This document shows positions 20,161 through 33,821 of a stretch of DNA of 64,000 bases, in pieces. Position 1 is the first letter of the stretch, and each line of letters opens with the position of its first letter. Origin of the DNA: Diadema antillarum (taxonomy: Eukaryota); assembly GCF_040938485.1 (NCBI RefSeq), contig NW_027271032.1:3286001-3350000 (forward strand), given 5' to 3'. The notes below the pieces were generated by a model. That model was not told the origin of the DNA, made no database searches, and saw only the letters and a program-made list of their open reading frames with translations. Both the position numbers and the translations under genes were made by a program.

Positions 20161-21723
20161 AAGGAAAGTGGCTAGCTATGTTTAATTTACCGTGGGCCTG
20201 CAGCCGGGGTTGGACTGCAGTACAGTGCCACTGAGCTAGCTGCTGCCAGTGCCGACTGGACATGCATGGCAAAGTGGAGCGAAATCATATCCCTACGACC
20301 CCCTGTGTTTACCCTTCCCGGCTCACGTCATATTTTTTTTTTCCGAGGAAAGGCGATTATCTGACTACTTACAGAAATATTGAGATACAAACAATATTTT
20401 CTTTGAAGAATTCGACTCTCTCATGCACAGGTTATCTTCGGTTTGAATGCCAAAATTGACTGGACGGAGTCGAGTGTATACTGTGTATGTATACATTGGT
20501 ATGGTAAGGATTTGCGCGCGAGAGTGGTTTCTACGCTATGAAGTATGCAACACGGACGGAAGCTGGAAAACGACCGTGCCTATTTGATGTCAAGTTCATG
20601 GTATATTTGGTTTAAAAATACATATAAATTTATGTTTACAATATTAATTTTTCGTAAATTATATATATCTAAGCTTGAAATATTTTGTTTGAAATTATAA
20701 AACCACAAACTTTCACATTATATGATAAAATTGCAACTAATCATTTGAACACTTAAATTGGTTTTTAGAGGCACGGCTGTCAACTTGGTGAGTAGGGCAT
20801 GCACTACGTAGCATCTTTTTGCCGGCTCTTTCACGATCGCTTGCAGGAATTATTTTTCAAAAATCGCGTACGGAGACAATTTTTGATGTCCAAGCATATA
20901 AATTGGTGAAAGTTTATATTTTCTACTCTTCTTAATTATCAGTACAGTGAAAATCTCAGGACTGCTTCCCTTTAAGAGAACCTGTCTCCCCCCCCCCCCA
21001 TAATACCAAAGAATATTAAATAAAAATAATTTTCTCTCTCAAATCCACTTTTAAGGCCCTTTAGATCTATTTCCCCCTGGAGTAATGTACAACTCATTCA
21101 TAGTGAATAAAGAGGGGAGAGAGAGAAAAAGACAGACAGACAGAGAGAGACATACAGAGAAACAAAGAATGAACGTGGGAGGAGGACTTTAGTAGGGCAA
21201 GGAGAATTCAGACAATAATACTGACACATTCCTTGATCCATTTTGGGCTATGCAGCCTTCTCACCAAAGCAATGATCAAGGATAAAAGCCTTTCTTGATC
21301 AAGCACACAGTGCAAACACAATGGAATCTGGGGGTCCGAAGAAAATTCTCTAGCGTCATTTCTACCAAATACCAATGTCGGCTGTGGCTATAAATGCAAC
21401 AGAGTGTGGCAAAGGAAGTGGTGTAATGTTGTTCTAAAGAAGCTGAGTAGCAGGAAATGGCCGGTGCTATGACTGTAGAATAAGACAGGTCAAAGTGAGG
21501 TGTTTTTCCTTGACAATTTATTTCAAGTCTTCATCTGCCATTTTTTTACTAGAATTCTACTTCTACAAATTGAGGGTTTTACCAAGTTTTTACACATTTA
21601 CATGTAAATTTTGGCGAAGCAAATCACTTTTAGTTGGTAGAGTAAATGCCATGGTTGGCACAGAAATCACTGACAAAGAAGCTGTATCAATTTTATCAGT
21701 CGCTGTCTTGTTTCAAATGTTAA

Positions 21724-21808
21724 CCCGTTGAGGATAAGTCCCGAATATACTCGGGCAAGCATCTATGGGAAATGCGTGTTGTAGCAAAATCAAACCGTCC
21801 TCAATAGG
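21724..21808. mobile_element. 85-bp piggyBac-like MITE, copy 3
   Basis: TTAA|CCCGTTGAGGAT...CGTCCTCAATAGG. Confidence 0.75.
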
Positions 21809-24800
21809 TTTTAAACAAACTGCTAGCCAACAACTTGATCTGACATGATGGTACCATCCAATGCATCCAGAATTGTAGCTCATTAGTGTCCAGTACATTT
21901 CATGATAATATATTATGTTCAAAACATGGAATGTGTACAGATATAGTGATCATAATACATGTACATATGTACAGTATACATGTGTACACTAATTTTGTGA
22001 ATTATGCAATAGGAGTTCATATTAAAGTTGAGTGGCTTAAGCCTGCCAACCACTACGAAAAACAGAAAATTCACTGGTACAATGTAAGTTTAAGTGTGTG
22101 TGTGTGGGGGGGGGGGGGGGGGCAAGATTCCATCTTAATACCTAGCTCACAACACTGAACTATAATTTTGCACTCTAGGTCATTGTCTCTTTTCACCAAC
22201 CCACACACATTTCATTGATAAAAATGGTTTCAGGAACTCTCAAGACTAAAGCTTTTGGGTCACACGGGTTATAAAAAAACAAAAAAACCACACACACTGT
22301 ACAAAGTGTATTAAAGCAAACATGTGAATTCACAATTTAGTCACTGACTTCAGACATTGAACGTAAACCGCCACGTCACTGCAAAAACGTGAAAAAAATG
22401 AAGGCCAGCATAACAAAAATATATTCACATGACTCTTCAGCTTAAGAAATGTCAAAGTTTGGTCATCATGCCTGAGCGACTTGAGTGTTTGTTTGCATAT
22501 GGTTTGATATTACCTTCTGCAACAGTGCCACATGTGAGCTTCTGTGAAGGACACTAAATATAAACAGTATGCTACAAAGGTAAAGAGACGACAAAAACAT
22601 TTGTGAAAAAAATAGGATGTATACATCTGAACAAACATGTACTTCATGGTACAGCTGATGAAAGAAATTTTATGGCAAAAATCCAGCTTGTTACATAGAT
22701 TTTATCAACTGTTGTGTGATAAAATCTTTGAAACAAGCTGAATTTTTTTCATCCTTTTTTTATTTAATTCAGAAAATTTCCCACAAAAAACCCAAAAAAC
22801 AAATGCAGTTTCATCACTCAGGGGTAATATGGAAAGAGATAAAAAAGACAAAAAGAAATTGCATTCCAGTCACAAATCCTGCTGAAAGTTTCCCAGATGC
22901 ATCTCTGCAGACTTGTTTGTTGCAAAACTTGGCCAAAGGTGTATTGTGTGTTGATGTTATTTTCCGGTGGCTGGCGAGAAAGTCTAAATACTTGTGGAAA
23001 TGTTGCTGGAATCTATCATCTGGAAGGCATGATTTGATTATAAGCTGCAACCATGTATTTCAATTCTGATATGGAAGAAACAAAGAGAGAACAGAAAAGG
23101 TTCTGTGAACTTTCTCAGATTCTCATTGGATGACTACATAGCCTATCCAAGTGAAATTAAGAGTCTAGTTTTTAAGCTGTACAGTGAATGTCAAAATACC
23201 TATGGTGATTTGTGCATTGTGACAGGGCTAAACTGTACTTCATCATCAATGTACAATGAGTTTATTTCTATTCCAGACAACCTATCACCCCCTCCCCCTT
23301 CCTCCTCACGAATTATAAATGAAGTCAAGTACTAGTGCATGTTCATGTTAGGATAGAAGATCAAATGCAATCAAGAAAGATGTTTTTTTCCCCATATTTG
23401 GTCCATATATTCATTAGAATGACTATGTTTTCTGTTATTACGATGCACAATGTTAGGAATCACATAAACATTCCACTAATAAGATTGTAAATATCTCAAA
23501 ATTTTTGACAGTACTTAAATCTTTGTAGCTTGTATATACGTGAACATACAGGTTTCTTTACTGTAGATCTCAAAGACTGCAGTGTGCAATTTTAACTATT
23601 AAACTGTGAAGTAACCAGAAATTTTGCGTGTTATGCACATGTACCTGTTATGCTTTACTGTATACAATTCTTCTTTTTTTAAATTGATAAACCACTTTCA
23701 GTCAATTTGGCAAAGATGTATTTCACATGGCATATAGCAAGACAAGTGTTCAAAAGATACATCCTGTTGTCAAAAGCTGTGAATATGTAGGATAGGCAGT
23801 TCTAGATACCATTTGTATAGGGTTCTGATGAGCTATGTACACTGTACTTATTCGAATGTCATTACGAGCACTTATATCTCCTCTTCCATGTAAATCTGTA
23901 TGTTGTTGTTTTGGGGTTTCCTTTTTCTTTTTGTTTTGTTTTTGTTTTGTTTTTCTTGTTTTTTCTGGGCCTATATCTTACTAGCATTTCAGTAGTTGAT
24001 ATCTTAGTAAAGAACAAGATTGTGATGACAAGGTAAAATCATCTGTATCTTCACAACAAACATTGCCATTCTTTGATGACTCATAAGTCTGCACCTTGTA
24101 CAGTCAGACCTTTTCTTTCTTGCTTTCTTTTTCTCCCTCAAATGCCCCCCCCCCCCCTCCCATCACCACCACTACAAAAACTATGATTCCGGTATTATAA
24201 CATTATTGAAACGTGCTTCCGAGTCCTTATCGCCCTTTTTTAAGTAGTGCATGGTGCACAATTTTGTAACATTCATCACAGAGCTTTTTGTGCAAACATT
24301 TAGCCCCCTGGGCACGACAGCATCAATTCCTGTGTATTCATCATCAATTGCTTTAGGGGCATGTTGTACGTGCCATGTGAACCCATTGCGCCCTTCTTGT
24401 GCCAAAACATAATCATGTGACACATCGGATTATTGAGCACTGATCCGCACGATTTCATTTTCACCGCAGCAAACAATGATTATTGACAATTAGAGAACTA
24501 TAAATGAATAGACTTTTTACGGTGTATCTACGGAGTGCAGTTTATATTGGTTAAGTAGTAGAAGTTCAGATTTTGCTTTTGTGTTTCTCTTCCACAATCC
24601 TGATAGCAAGTTGACACACATCAGATACAGCGATGCAATTCAAGTAGCACAGAAGATTTTGACTTATGTGTAAGAAAATGTTTGACTTATATGGGAGCGA
24701 AACCTGCACTACGAATGACGTCATCACGCGCTCGAAGCCTGAGAAAGGCCAACATTCTGTGTTGTGCAGGTGTGTGCATGCACATCTGTCTAGGTGTACT

Positions 24801-25261
24801 TGTGTGCATGCGTTTGTGTGTGTGTGTGTGCGTACAGGCTGTAGGCTTCTTTTCTGGGGACCTACCCCAACAAGCATCTGCTTTTCTGTAGGTATCCCTA
24901 CACATTGTTTTTGATTCCATATGAACATGATATACAGCACAGATTGATTGACGCACGTCCTATAAATTTACTCATTTTGTATGAGGTCAGGTTCATTTTG
25001 TATGGGATAGATTTTCGTTACCATTGTTATTACTATTCAATCTGTAGATGTATGTCATGAATGTACATATTTTGTGGAAACTTAATAAATGAAATGAAAT
25101 GTACATGAGGATGGTTTGGTAAAGGTGTAGGGCCTTCCTATATGAGAAGAGATGAAAAGAAGAACTCCTCATGTCTGTAAATTTGTTTAGAGTAGCAGAA
25201 AAGATAAGGGTGAGTAAACTGATACACTGTACCCCGTTTTAATACAGTCCCCCAATACGAA

Positions 25262-25308
25262 GAGAACCTCTGGAGAACCTCTGGAGAACCTCTGGAGAAC
25301 CTCTGGAG
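25262..25308. repeat. 11-bp minisatellite (GAGAACCTCTG) x4
   Basis: Direct reading. Confidence 0.9.
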
Positions 25309-25699
25309 GACATGCCACATGAAAACAAGTGATAGAACTTTGGTCTTCAACCAAGCACGGGTGAGAGAAACCCCTGTTTAGAGTTCCTGCTTGTCTAGCA
25401 TGAAGTCGGCATACGTTTCTATGGAAACCTGCAGCCGTGGGTTTCTCTTTGAAAGAAGAGGCCAGTATGAGTGTGCATTATTATGCATACATGTGTCCAC
25501 AGACAGCACAGGCCACTGAAAGAGTGCGTCGTGTCTACCCCATGACCACTGAAAGTTTTCTTGTCTGTGGTATTAAAACACAGAAAGAACTTCCGGAGGC
25601 TACATGTACCTCAAACTTGTGCGAGGCTGTCTAGCACAACATACACTGTATACCTCAGACTCACTCCATGTATCTCCAGACTCCTGCCTTGTGCTTAGT

Positions 25700-25990
25700 G
25701 CCATGTCTGTTTAGAGTCCCACGCATCCGAGGTAAACACGGCACAACCTCTAGGAAGTTGTGCTGTTTTTGGGGGGACTCTACATGGGGTATGAGATGGT
25801 ATGGGCATGTGGTATTAAAGAGAGATGGAAGCCTCTGGATAAGGCGGCTTATAATCCTTCCAGTGTCTGATACAAGACTACCTGGGCAGACCCTCAAAAA
25901 CCTGGCAAGTGACAATGGAATACGATTCAAAAATATCTTGTTTCATTGGGTGGATAGCACAGACCAGGCAGCCTGAAGAAAGGCTAGAAA
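25700..25990 (+). mobile_element. Decayed RTE-like LINE 3' fragment
   Basis: ORF 25668-25976 contains RWYGHVVLKRD..WIRRL...V...RLPGQ, resembling the RTE ORF2 C-terminal LRWxGHVxR...RPxGRP motif. Confidence 0.5.
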
Positions 25991-28900
25991 GGAAATGAAA
26001 CTTCCTATCTTGCGACGATGGAAAATACAATGTAGATGCTACAAATATGACAATAAGGATATTTTCCCAAAGTTTAGCTGCTAGTTGGTGCATCCATTGC
26101 TGTATCTTTGTCATTGATACGAGTGGCATGTTATCAAATGAAGCATCACATGCCATACGTGACAACAGAGAATAAAAAGCTTGAACAGATAGTGGCTACA
26201 CAGTTTGAACAGTCACAGTGCATAACCCATGACACATTCATGCAAGGTGTACGTACCTGTAGATTATGTGTAGCAAATGTCAATACTCCATTATCAATGG
26301 TACTCTAAATTGCACAGAGATCATTTACCGCAACTATTTTGGGAAGCAGAGGACCATAGAGTACTTTTAAGGATATGTGGAATGAGAACAAGGATTTATC
26401 ACTACCATGTCACATAGCTGCAAAGTACATGTTGCATGCCACAATTACACTCTAAAGGCTTTTTTTTTCTGGGTCCATTACACCAAGTATGTTTTTCCAT
26501 TGGCATGAGTCCTCCCACACAATATAGCATGATAAATCATTCTACCTTAGTAAATTGGTAATTTGTTACACCTCAAACTTCTCACTGACTCGATAAATTA
26601 CAACAGTTCATGCACCATTAACCCATATAGAACTGGCTTCATGCACACTACAGTCTGGTGATAGAGAATGATGCGTAGAATACATCAATACAAAATTATC
26701 GTCATTAGGTTTTATGAAGCAAGGTATACACTTATTAATCAGTTTTTCCTGAAAAATATTTTTCTTACTTGTTCTTTCCTTTGATTGTGGCCTCCATTTT
26801 TAATATTTACAATTCTCATGCAGTGTAGCTGAACTGCTTCTAGAATGGCATCCTTTTTCTGTTGAATGGAACATGAAAAGTTGCACAATTTGCTGGTTGC
26901 TAGGCATCAATTGTTCGTGAAAGCCATCAATTGTTCATGAAAGCCATCCATTCCATTATAACACCTGTAGGAATGTGTATTGTAGGTCATGATTTTGCGA
27001 GGTGTCTTAAAGACCCTGTGGTGTGGGAATACCATGGAGAGGGGAGGCTGACCTGGCTTGGGTATATTCGAGAATCCCTGCGACATATTATTTCATACAG
27101 CTTTGCCGCTGATTTCTCTATAAGTACACTTACATTGTACAGCTGAAGAACCTTGACAGGAGTCGACCATTTCCTATGAGCACATGATTCGCTGCATATA
27201 TTTGATATCTGCTAAACCTTCGGAATAACAAACCATCTGAACAACGAACCTTATTTCATTTTCCGATTAAAGAATCTCCAGAATAATGGATCTTGGGAAC
27301 GTCAAACTGTACCCGTAGAAAATCACCACTGCAATTGCAATTATTCAACAGCCATTTTGTCAGTATAGTAAGTATTGTGAGATTTTGTTGGACTCACATG
27401 TTATACATTTTTTTTCAACTTGTTCATGCCATCATTACTTATGATGTAAATAATTTGTTATAAAGGTTATATAGGCATGATACTGTTTTCATTTATTACA
27501 TAGATTTTGTACATAAATTGTATATTGCACACTTCCTGTTGAGCTAATATAAATGCAATGGATGTATAGGAATACACTGTGCTATTATGCACTGCAAAGC
27601 AGAGTTAAAACATCAACTTCATCCAATAATTTGTTTGTGAGTGCATGTGTGTCAACACAGATATTATACAGTTTTTCAAGATACTTAACAAGTGTGAAAT
27701 GCGCAATATAAACACTAAAATTGCATATCATTGCTGTTTCGCTCATCAACGCTCCATTTAACATCTAATGAAAAGGCCATGCATTACGTACATGACAAGC
27801 AGGTCCTTAAATACGAATGTAGTCCACCAGGGATCACAACCTCTATTTAAACTCCATCGTTTTCATTATCAAAATGAGAAAAATACTGCCTGCAGTTGTC
27901 ACACTAGTTCACATCAGGCATCATGACACATACACTGTATAGCACAACAAAGACTCCTTGACTTATGTGTACCTTCCTAAATTCTCATGTATCTTACTCA
28001 TGTATCTCAATGTGAACAGCAATGTGAACATCATGCAAACAGGAACATAACTTCAAAGGCAAAAGTGGCAGGAGACATGTCAAGGTCAGAGATAGTTTGA
28101 TGTGTGTAGATTTGTTTCATAGCACAGAAGGGCACACATTTTGTACTTCTGCTTTGATATTCTCTCCAAACAAATTTACTTGTAGATTGTGCTCTGTAAA
28201 ACCAACCATAGCTACAATTTAAATTGCTAGTTTGTCCCAAAGTACACATACATGTATGTAGTTTTACTACCACTGAAACTACGTATACCCTCAGCATTTC
28301 ACTCAAGCAAGTTCTTCTGAAACTTCTCATCTTTACATGTTTTAGTGAGTATCAATGCAGGAACACTTTTTTTTTTTCTTTCTTTTTTTTTTGTTAAACA
28401 TCTAAAACTTTAATGAAGAAGATTAAAAAAACTGGAAATACTGACTGACAGGTGGTTTTCTTCAGTTTAAGATTACTACTAAAATGCAAGGCAAAATCTT
28501 AATGCCTGTACAACCATTCTAGATAACGATCTTGTTTTCCATTTTCACACATTGTATGACAACATTCTGCTCACATGAACAACCAACAATAAGGGGCATT
28601 AAAGAATAGACAAAAAGTTCTGGAGCCTTCTATGGGGGTGGGGATAATGGAAATGCTTTGAAAATACCAGTGAACAGAAAAAGGGAGTGCCAGGTTTTGT
28701 ATGATGAGCCTTGACAAGGCATTCCTCTTGTAAATATGAAAATAACTGTACAAGGATTAGATTACACCTGTACAGGTACCGTAATAATATTCATCCACCA
28801 TGAAACACACTAAACTACTACTCAAAGAAAACGGGTCATAGAGTTAAACAAAAAGAAAAAAAAAGAAAAAAAAAGTCTGTTAGGCAGAGTTGAAATTTCT

Positions 28901-29008
28901 TACTTTGTAGTAGACAATGAATACTGCCCTCTACTGGCAGGAGGGAAATGACCTCAATTTCAACTTTAACAGGGGATTGAGGCGTTTAGCATCATTTTAA
29001 TACATTAA

Positions 29009-29395
29009 AGGGACTGTACAGTACTGGTTGAGGTGGGGATTCATGTTTTGAACATTGCTAAGTGAGATAATGAGAAACCTCTTATGAAATATGAAAGACC
29101 ATGTAAATTTAAGAAGGATTCAATGTTTATTTGATGAATATTGGTTTTCAAATGGCTGAGATATCCAAAAAAGTGATAATAATAAAAGGCAACAGGCCAC
29201 CCCTTTTATTAGGATCTCTTTGTTTCACCTTGCTTTTGGATATCTCAGCCATTTCAAAACCGATTTTCATGAAATAAACTTTTGATTCCCCTTAAAATTG
29301 CATGCTCGTTGACATCTCTTAATAGAGTGGTTTCTGAATATCTCGCAAAACGTTAAAAGTTAAATCCTTACCTCGACCTGAACTGTACATACCCT
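29009..29395. mobile_element. Kolobok-like MITE, copy A
   Basis: TTAA|AGGGACTGTACAGT...ACTGTACATACCCT|TTAA; the interior aligns with 30179-30561. Confidence 0.8.
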
Positions 29396-29742
29396 TTAAA
29401 CTTATGAATCCCCTCATTTCTCAGAAAATATAGTACTAGGTACAGTTTTTGTTGATTTTGTTGTTGTTGAAACAATGACTTTCTCTGTAATTCATTTCAA
29501 AACAGGCTTCCCCAGGTTGTGTTTGTTTCACTTGTAGCATCACTGCCTCCAGCTTGTAGTGATTTTGTTTTTCATCTTTAGCACTACCATCATCGTTATC
29601 ACTTATTACCAGTCAGAGAAATGCACAGGATCCCCACCCAAGGTGTGGTGCAGGCCACTTGCATGGGGAGGGCTGCTGAGTTCCATGACCAGACATGGCA
29701 CAATCAGTTCTGGTGAACACCACTGATGTGGCTAAAGTTAGG

Positions 29743-30590
29743 TTCACATGCTATTCCTAAACTTCAAGTTTATGTCAAAAACTTAACTCTCGATGATTAG
29801 TTTGTAGTTAAGCACCATGTGGGCGCACTCGAAAGTTAGCAACCTTAAAGTTTAGTCGATGATTAGAACCACGAGACATCTTAGGGTTTACGCTCTTTCC
29901 ACAAGCCAAGGGGGGTCCCCACTTGTAGTTTCGCTCCATGTGGACACAATAATCAACAAGCTTGTGAGTGAGCGTGAACCTTGCGTCTCGTTTGCTGCGC
30001 TATTTTCCATGGGCACAAGGTCATCTATGTGTAGCAAAGACTCTGCACTTCCGTTGTAATCATTAAGTGGGGCTCGCTCGTAAGTTGTTACTTAAAGTTT
30101 AGGTGAGCGTGTGAACCCCCATCTTGAATTCAGGAGTGGAGCTAATCATCGACAGTCAAGTTTTCGATGTAAACTTAAAGGGTGTGTACAGTTCTGGTCG
30201 AGGTGAAGATTCAAGTTTTGAACATTCCTAAGTGAGATAATGACAAGCCTCTTATGAAATATGAAAGAGCATGTAATTTTAAGAAGGATTCAACGTTTAT
30301 TTCTTGAAAATTAGTTTTCAAATGGCTGAGATACCCCACAAAGTGCTAGTAATAAAAGGCGACATGCCACAACTTTATTAGGATTTCTTTGTTTCACCCT
30401 GTTTTTGGATATCTCAGCCATTTCAAAACCGATTTTCATCGAATAAACTTTTGATACCCCTGAGTACTGCATGCTCTTTGACATCTCATAGAGTGGTTTC
30501 TGAATATCTCGCAAAACGTTAAAAGGTAAATCCTCACCTGGACCAGAACTGTACACACCCTTTAAAGTTTAGGAACAATGTGTGAAAATA
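29743..30590. mobile_element. Foldback MITE interrupted by the Kolobok-like copy B
   Basis: Left arm TTCACATGCTATTCCTAAACT-TCAA-GTTTATGTCAAAAACTTAACTCTCGATGATTAG matches the reverse complement of the right arm once 30179-30561 and one TTAA are removed. Confidence 0.65.
30179..30561. mobile_element. Kolobok-like MITE, copy B
   Basis: Perfect 21-bp TIR AGGGTGTGTACAGTTCTGGTC/GACCAGAACTGTACACACCCT with TTAA on both sides. Confidence 0.85.
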
Positions 30591-31536
30591 CATGTGTAAC
30601 TAAAGTGTGCAGAAACAAACCTGACAATGAGGGCAGCCTTGCCGTTTATGTCATCCACTGCCCACAACTAGGCCATGAAAATTCCTCACCCATGTAGTAA
30701 GTATCATGTCATTATATACATTTCTATCACTATGAACATGATAGCAATCACTGCATTCAATTCAAACTACATTATCATCACCAACAGCATAGTAATAATA
30801 CTTTTTTTCTTTCATCATTATCATCATCACTATCATCTTCTTAATCATACCTACCATCATCATATCATCATAATTACTATTTTTATCAATTCCTCCGAGT
30901 TATTATCATCTTCATGTCTTCTACAACTAAAGGTACAATAGCATGTATCCTACTTGTACATAGAAAAATTGGGCACATGGTGAGGTTCGATTTATAAATT
31001 TAGATAAAATGACGGACTATCAGTTTAACCCGATAACAGAGGTCAGCATGAAATGTGCACCACCTAATAACAAATTGTCATGACTGCTGAAGGTAGACAT
31101 TTTTATCAGTGGAAGATTGATTTTACTTCAGTAGCTTTAATAGTGCTCACATATAACGATACACTTCCCTTTCAGATGGAGTCATAATCATACAAATGAT
31201 AAAACTTACAATAATGATAATAATAATAATAATAAAACAAAACAGCTAAATCCAGCATCTAGGGGCAAAATGACTGCCAAAGACAAAGCCGCAAGATCAG
31301 CACAAAACGACAAAAGTCAAATTAGCATTAAGTTTGGAACACATAACCACAAAAACCAAAAATTAAGAGGAAAAAAGCACAGATTATTTTATCAGAGGCC
31401 AGAAAATACATACTTCAAAGCCTCTCTTAAAACTCACAGTTTTCACCTGGCAATCAATTGCTAACTCTCTTGGAGGAGTCCGCGCCTTTGAATGTTTCTA
31501 TAACAGATGTATATGGCACTATAAAAATGCTGTGGA

Positions 31537-31547
31537 TCATCATCATC

Positions 31548-31579
<32 letters not shown>

Positions 31580-31583
31580 CATA
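31537..31583. repeat. (CAT)n microsatellite
   Basis: Direct reading. Confidence 0.95.
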
Positions 31584-32560
31584 TTTTGTGTCAAAATGCT
31601 GATGTATCATAGTGGCTTCCTGCTACCTAAATCTATAATTTGGGAAGGAAATAAAACATCAATATCACTATCAAAGGTGGTATTTTAGCAGCTATTGGTG
31701 ACCTATTTTTCTTGTGTGCAATTTCTTTTTCCTGCTTCCAGGTGAAGAGGTGCATTATTCTGTGAATGCATGTGCATGCGTGCATGATACCCTTCAAAGA
31801 CAGTAACAAAAGACAGTCAAATTAGAATAGCACTGATGCTTTGAAATGACCTTGAATAGAACGTGGTTGATAAGTATGCCAAGTTTCAGGTTGATCCCAT
31901 AATCCCCTCAGAAAGCTTGCAATAGAAATTTAAATCCACAGATGGGAGTGATTCAGAGCACTTCAATAGATTCCAATCTTCATGACTGACTTACCTAAAG
32001 ACTGGATTTACAATCACTTACTTCAGTGGGTGTAAAAAGATTCCAAATCTGCAGACATTTGATTCCACAAATACAAGTGATTCAGCACACTTCAGTAGAC
32101 CTTGGTCTTTAAGGATCTATTTCCTACAGACTGGATTTTTGTATCACTTATTTCAGTCGGATAAAGGCACACATTGGTTGAGTTGGCAGATCATTCAAAA
32201 GCTGTGTACTTCCTCTATAGAGATTTGACTCTACCTCAACAGTGTAACATATATGGTGACTTTTTGATGTTTTGTGGTGCAAGGTCGCATTCCCACAAAA
32301 CGCTTGGGTAACAATATTGTATGTAATTCTTCACAGGAAGTATTGTTTATCTAAATTTGCTGGCAGTGTGTTATGCAAGAGCATCTGTCTAATGTAAAAA
32401 CCTTTTTAACTTGCATTGTCAATTGTTTACATATGTTTGTACGTATACGCATATTGTTTGTTTGTTTGATTCTCTATATGATATTATGCTCTCATGTAAC
32501 ATACCAAATCATTGTTTCCACAGTGCCAAGAGCATCTTTTTAGGTAGAATGAGTGCTTAA

Positions 32561-32645
32561 CCCGTTGAGGACGGACTGATTTTGCTACAACACGCATTTC
32601 CCATAGACATTTGCCCAAGTATACTCGGGACTCGTCCTCAACGGG
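32561..32645. mobile_element. 85-bp piggyBac-like MITE, copy 4 (opposite orientation)
   Basis: TTAA|CCCGTTGAGGACG...CGTCCTCAACGGG|TTAA with a perfect 13-bp TIR. Confidence 0.85.
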
Positions 32646-32670
32646 TTAATAAGAGTCCATTATTACCTAT

Positions 32671-33525
32671 ATTATTACCTCTGCCAAGGGAGGAGGTTAT
32701 GTTTTCATTACCGTTGGTTCGTTACCGTTGGTTTGATAGTTAGTTAATTAGTTTGTCTGTACGCAAAACAACTCAAAAAGTAGTCAACGGATTGGGATGA
32801 AACTTGCACGAAAGGTTGAGAATGACACAAGTAACAAACGATTAACTTTTGGTAGTGATCCGAAAATTTGGGGGGAATTTATGAAGGATTTTTTATATTT
32901 GGGCAGGTAGGGTCAATGAACTTGGGAGTTCAGGCTGCGCGTATTCGAGGTTTGCATGTGCGCACTAAATTGCGTGCTCTAGTTTCTGCTAGGGCAAGGC
33001 GCGCCGTGCAGCTGAGGGTTTATGACGTAACAAAGGCTTCTACAATATATTGGGAAATCGGGCGACTTTCAGCACACAATGCTAGAAGTACGCATGGGTG
33101 GAAATTACTGGGGGACATTTCATGAAGCATTTTGTCCCACAACTTTGTCGGACAAATTTGCTGTCAGCCAATCAGATGCAAGGAATTCTGTAGCTTCTAA
33201 AGGCACTCAATCGTGGCGAGTGATTTGTGCGGCACGGAGACGAACGCAACACGCTGCCTCCCCCATTCTGCATCAAATGTAGTGACCCCGAATGAGAATA
33301 GCGCTGGCTCAATGGGTCAGTGAACAACACACTATTAAACCTACAAGAGCTCTATGCTACAAATCTCCTAACCCAAAATGGCTGTCCGAGCGAGCCACGA
33401 GAGCTTCCGAATGGATGCACACTCTCAGTGCGCATGCGCATGAAGAGAGGCCAAAAGAGCCACGCGTCTTCTGGCCTCTCTCCTCCAATCACCGCAGCTC
33501 GCGGTGACAATGTTTGTGTATGATG

Positions 33526-33563
<38 letters not shown>

Positions 33564-33821
33564 TCTCAGTGGCAGCATTGTCCCACACGTTTATGGATAT
33601 AGCACCGAGTCTGGCATTGCGCAATTGCATGCACAAACTTCGGTCGTTCGGAGTTTACGTACCATAAGGGATGGCGATTGGCTGCCTTTAATCGCTTGTC
33701 AGACATAATATCTGACAAAAAGCTTCTTGAAATGCCCCCCCTGATATCAGCTCTAATGGAAGAACAAGATTAGTGGTGGAAAATGAGCTGCATACTTGGC
33801 GGAGGTCTGCGCTCTCAGAGT
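32671..33821 (+). mobile_element. Helentron-associated non-autonomous element (HINE/DINE-like)
   Basis: Subterminal inverted repeats ACCTCTGCCAAG (32677-32688) and CTTGGCGGAGGT (33795-33806), followed by the start of a 3' hairpin GCGCTCTCAGAGT that is cut by the N gap. Confidence 0.55.

Larger units (their letters stand above)
12191..20971 (+). mobile_element. Non-autonomous Kolobok-like DNA transposon (~1.77 kb once the nested DIRS is removed)
   Basis: TTAA at 12187-12190 and 20972-20975; imperfect TIR AGGGACACAGTCCT / AGGACTGCTTCCCT; THAP remnant inside; sequence reads continuously across the DIRS ends (ccaatgaa-c-tactttcacc). Confidence 0.65.

Noticed and set aside
21000-28900. Possible long 3' UTR or additional gene
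   Set aside because: AT-rich sequence with only short ORFs (e.g. 24181-24423) and no supportable exon chain or homology.
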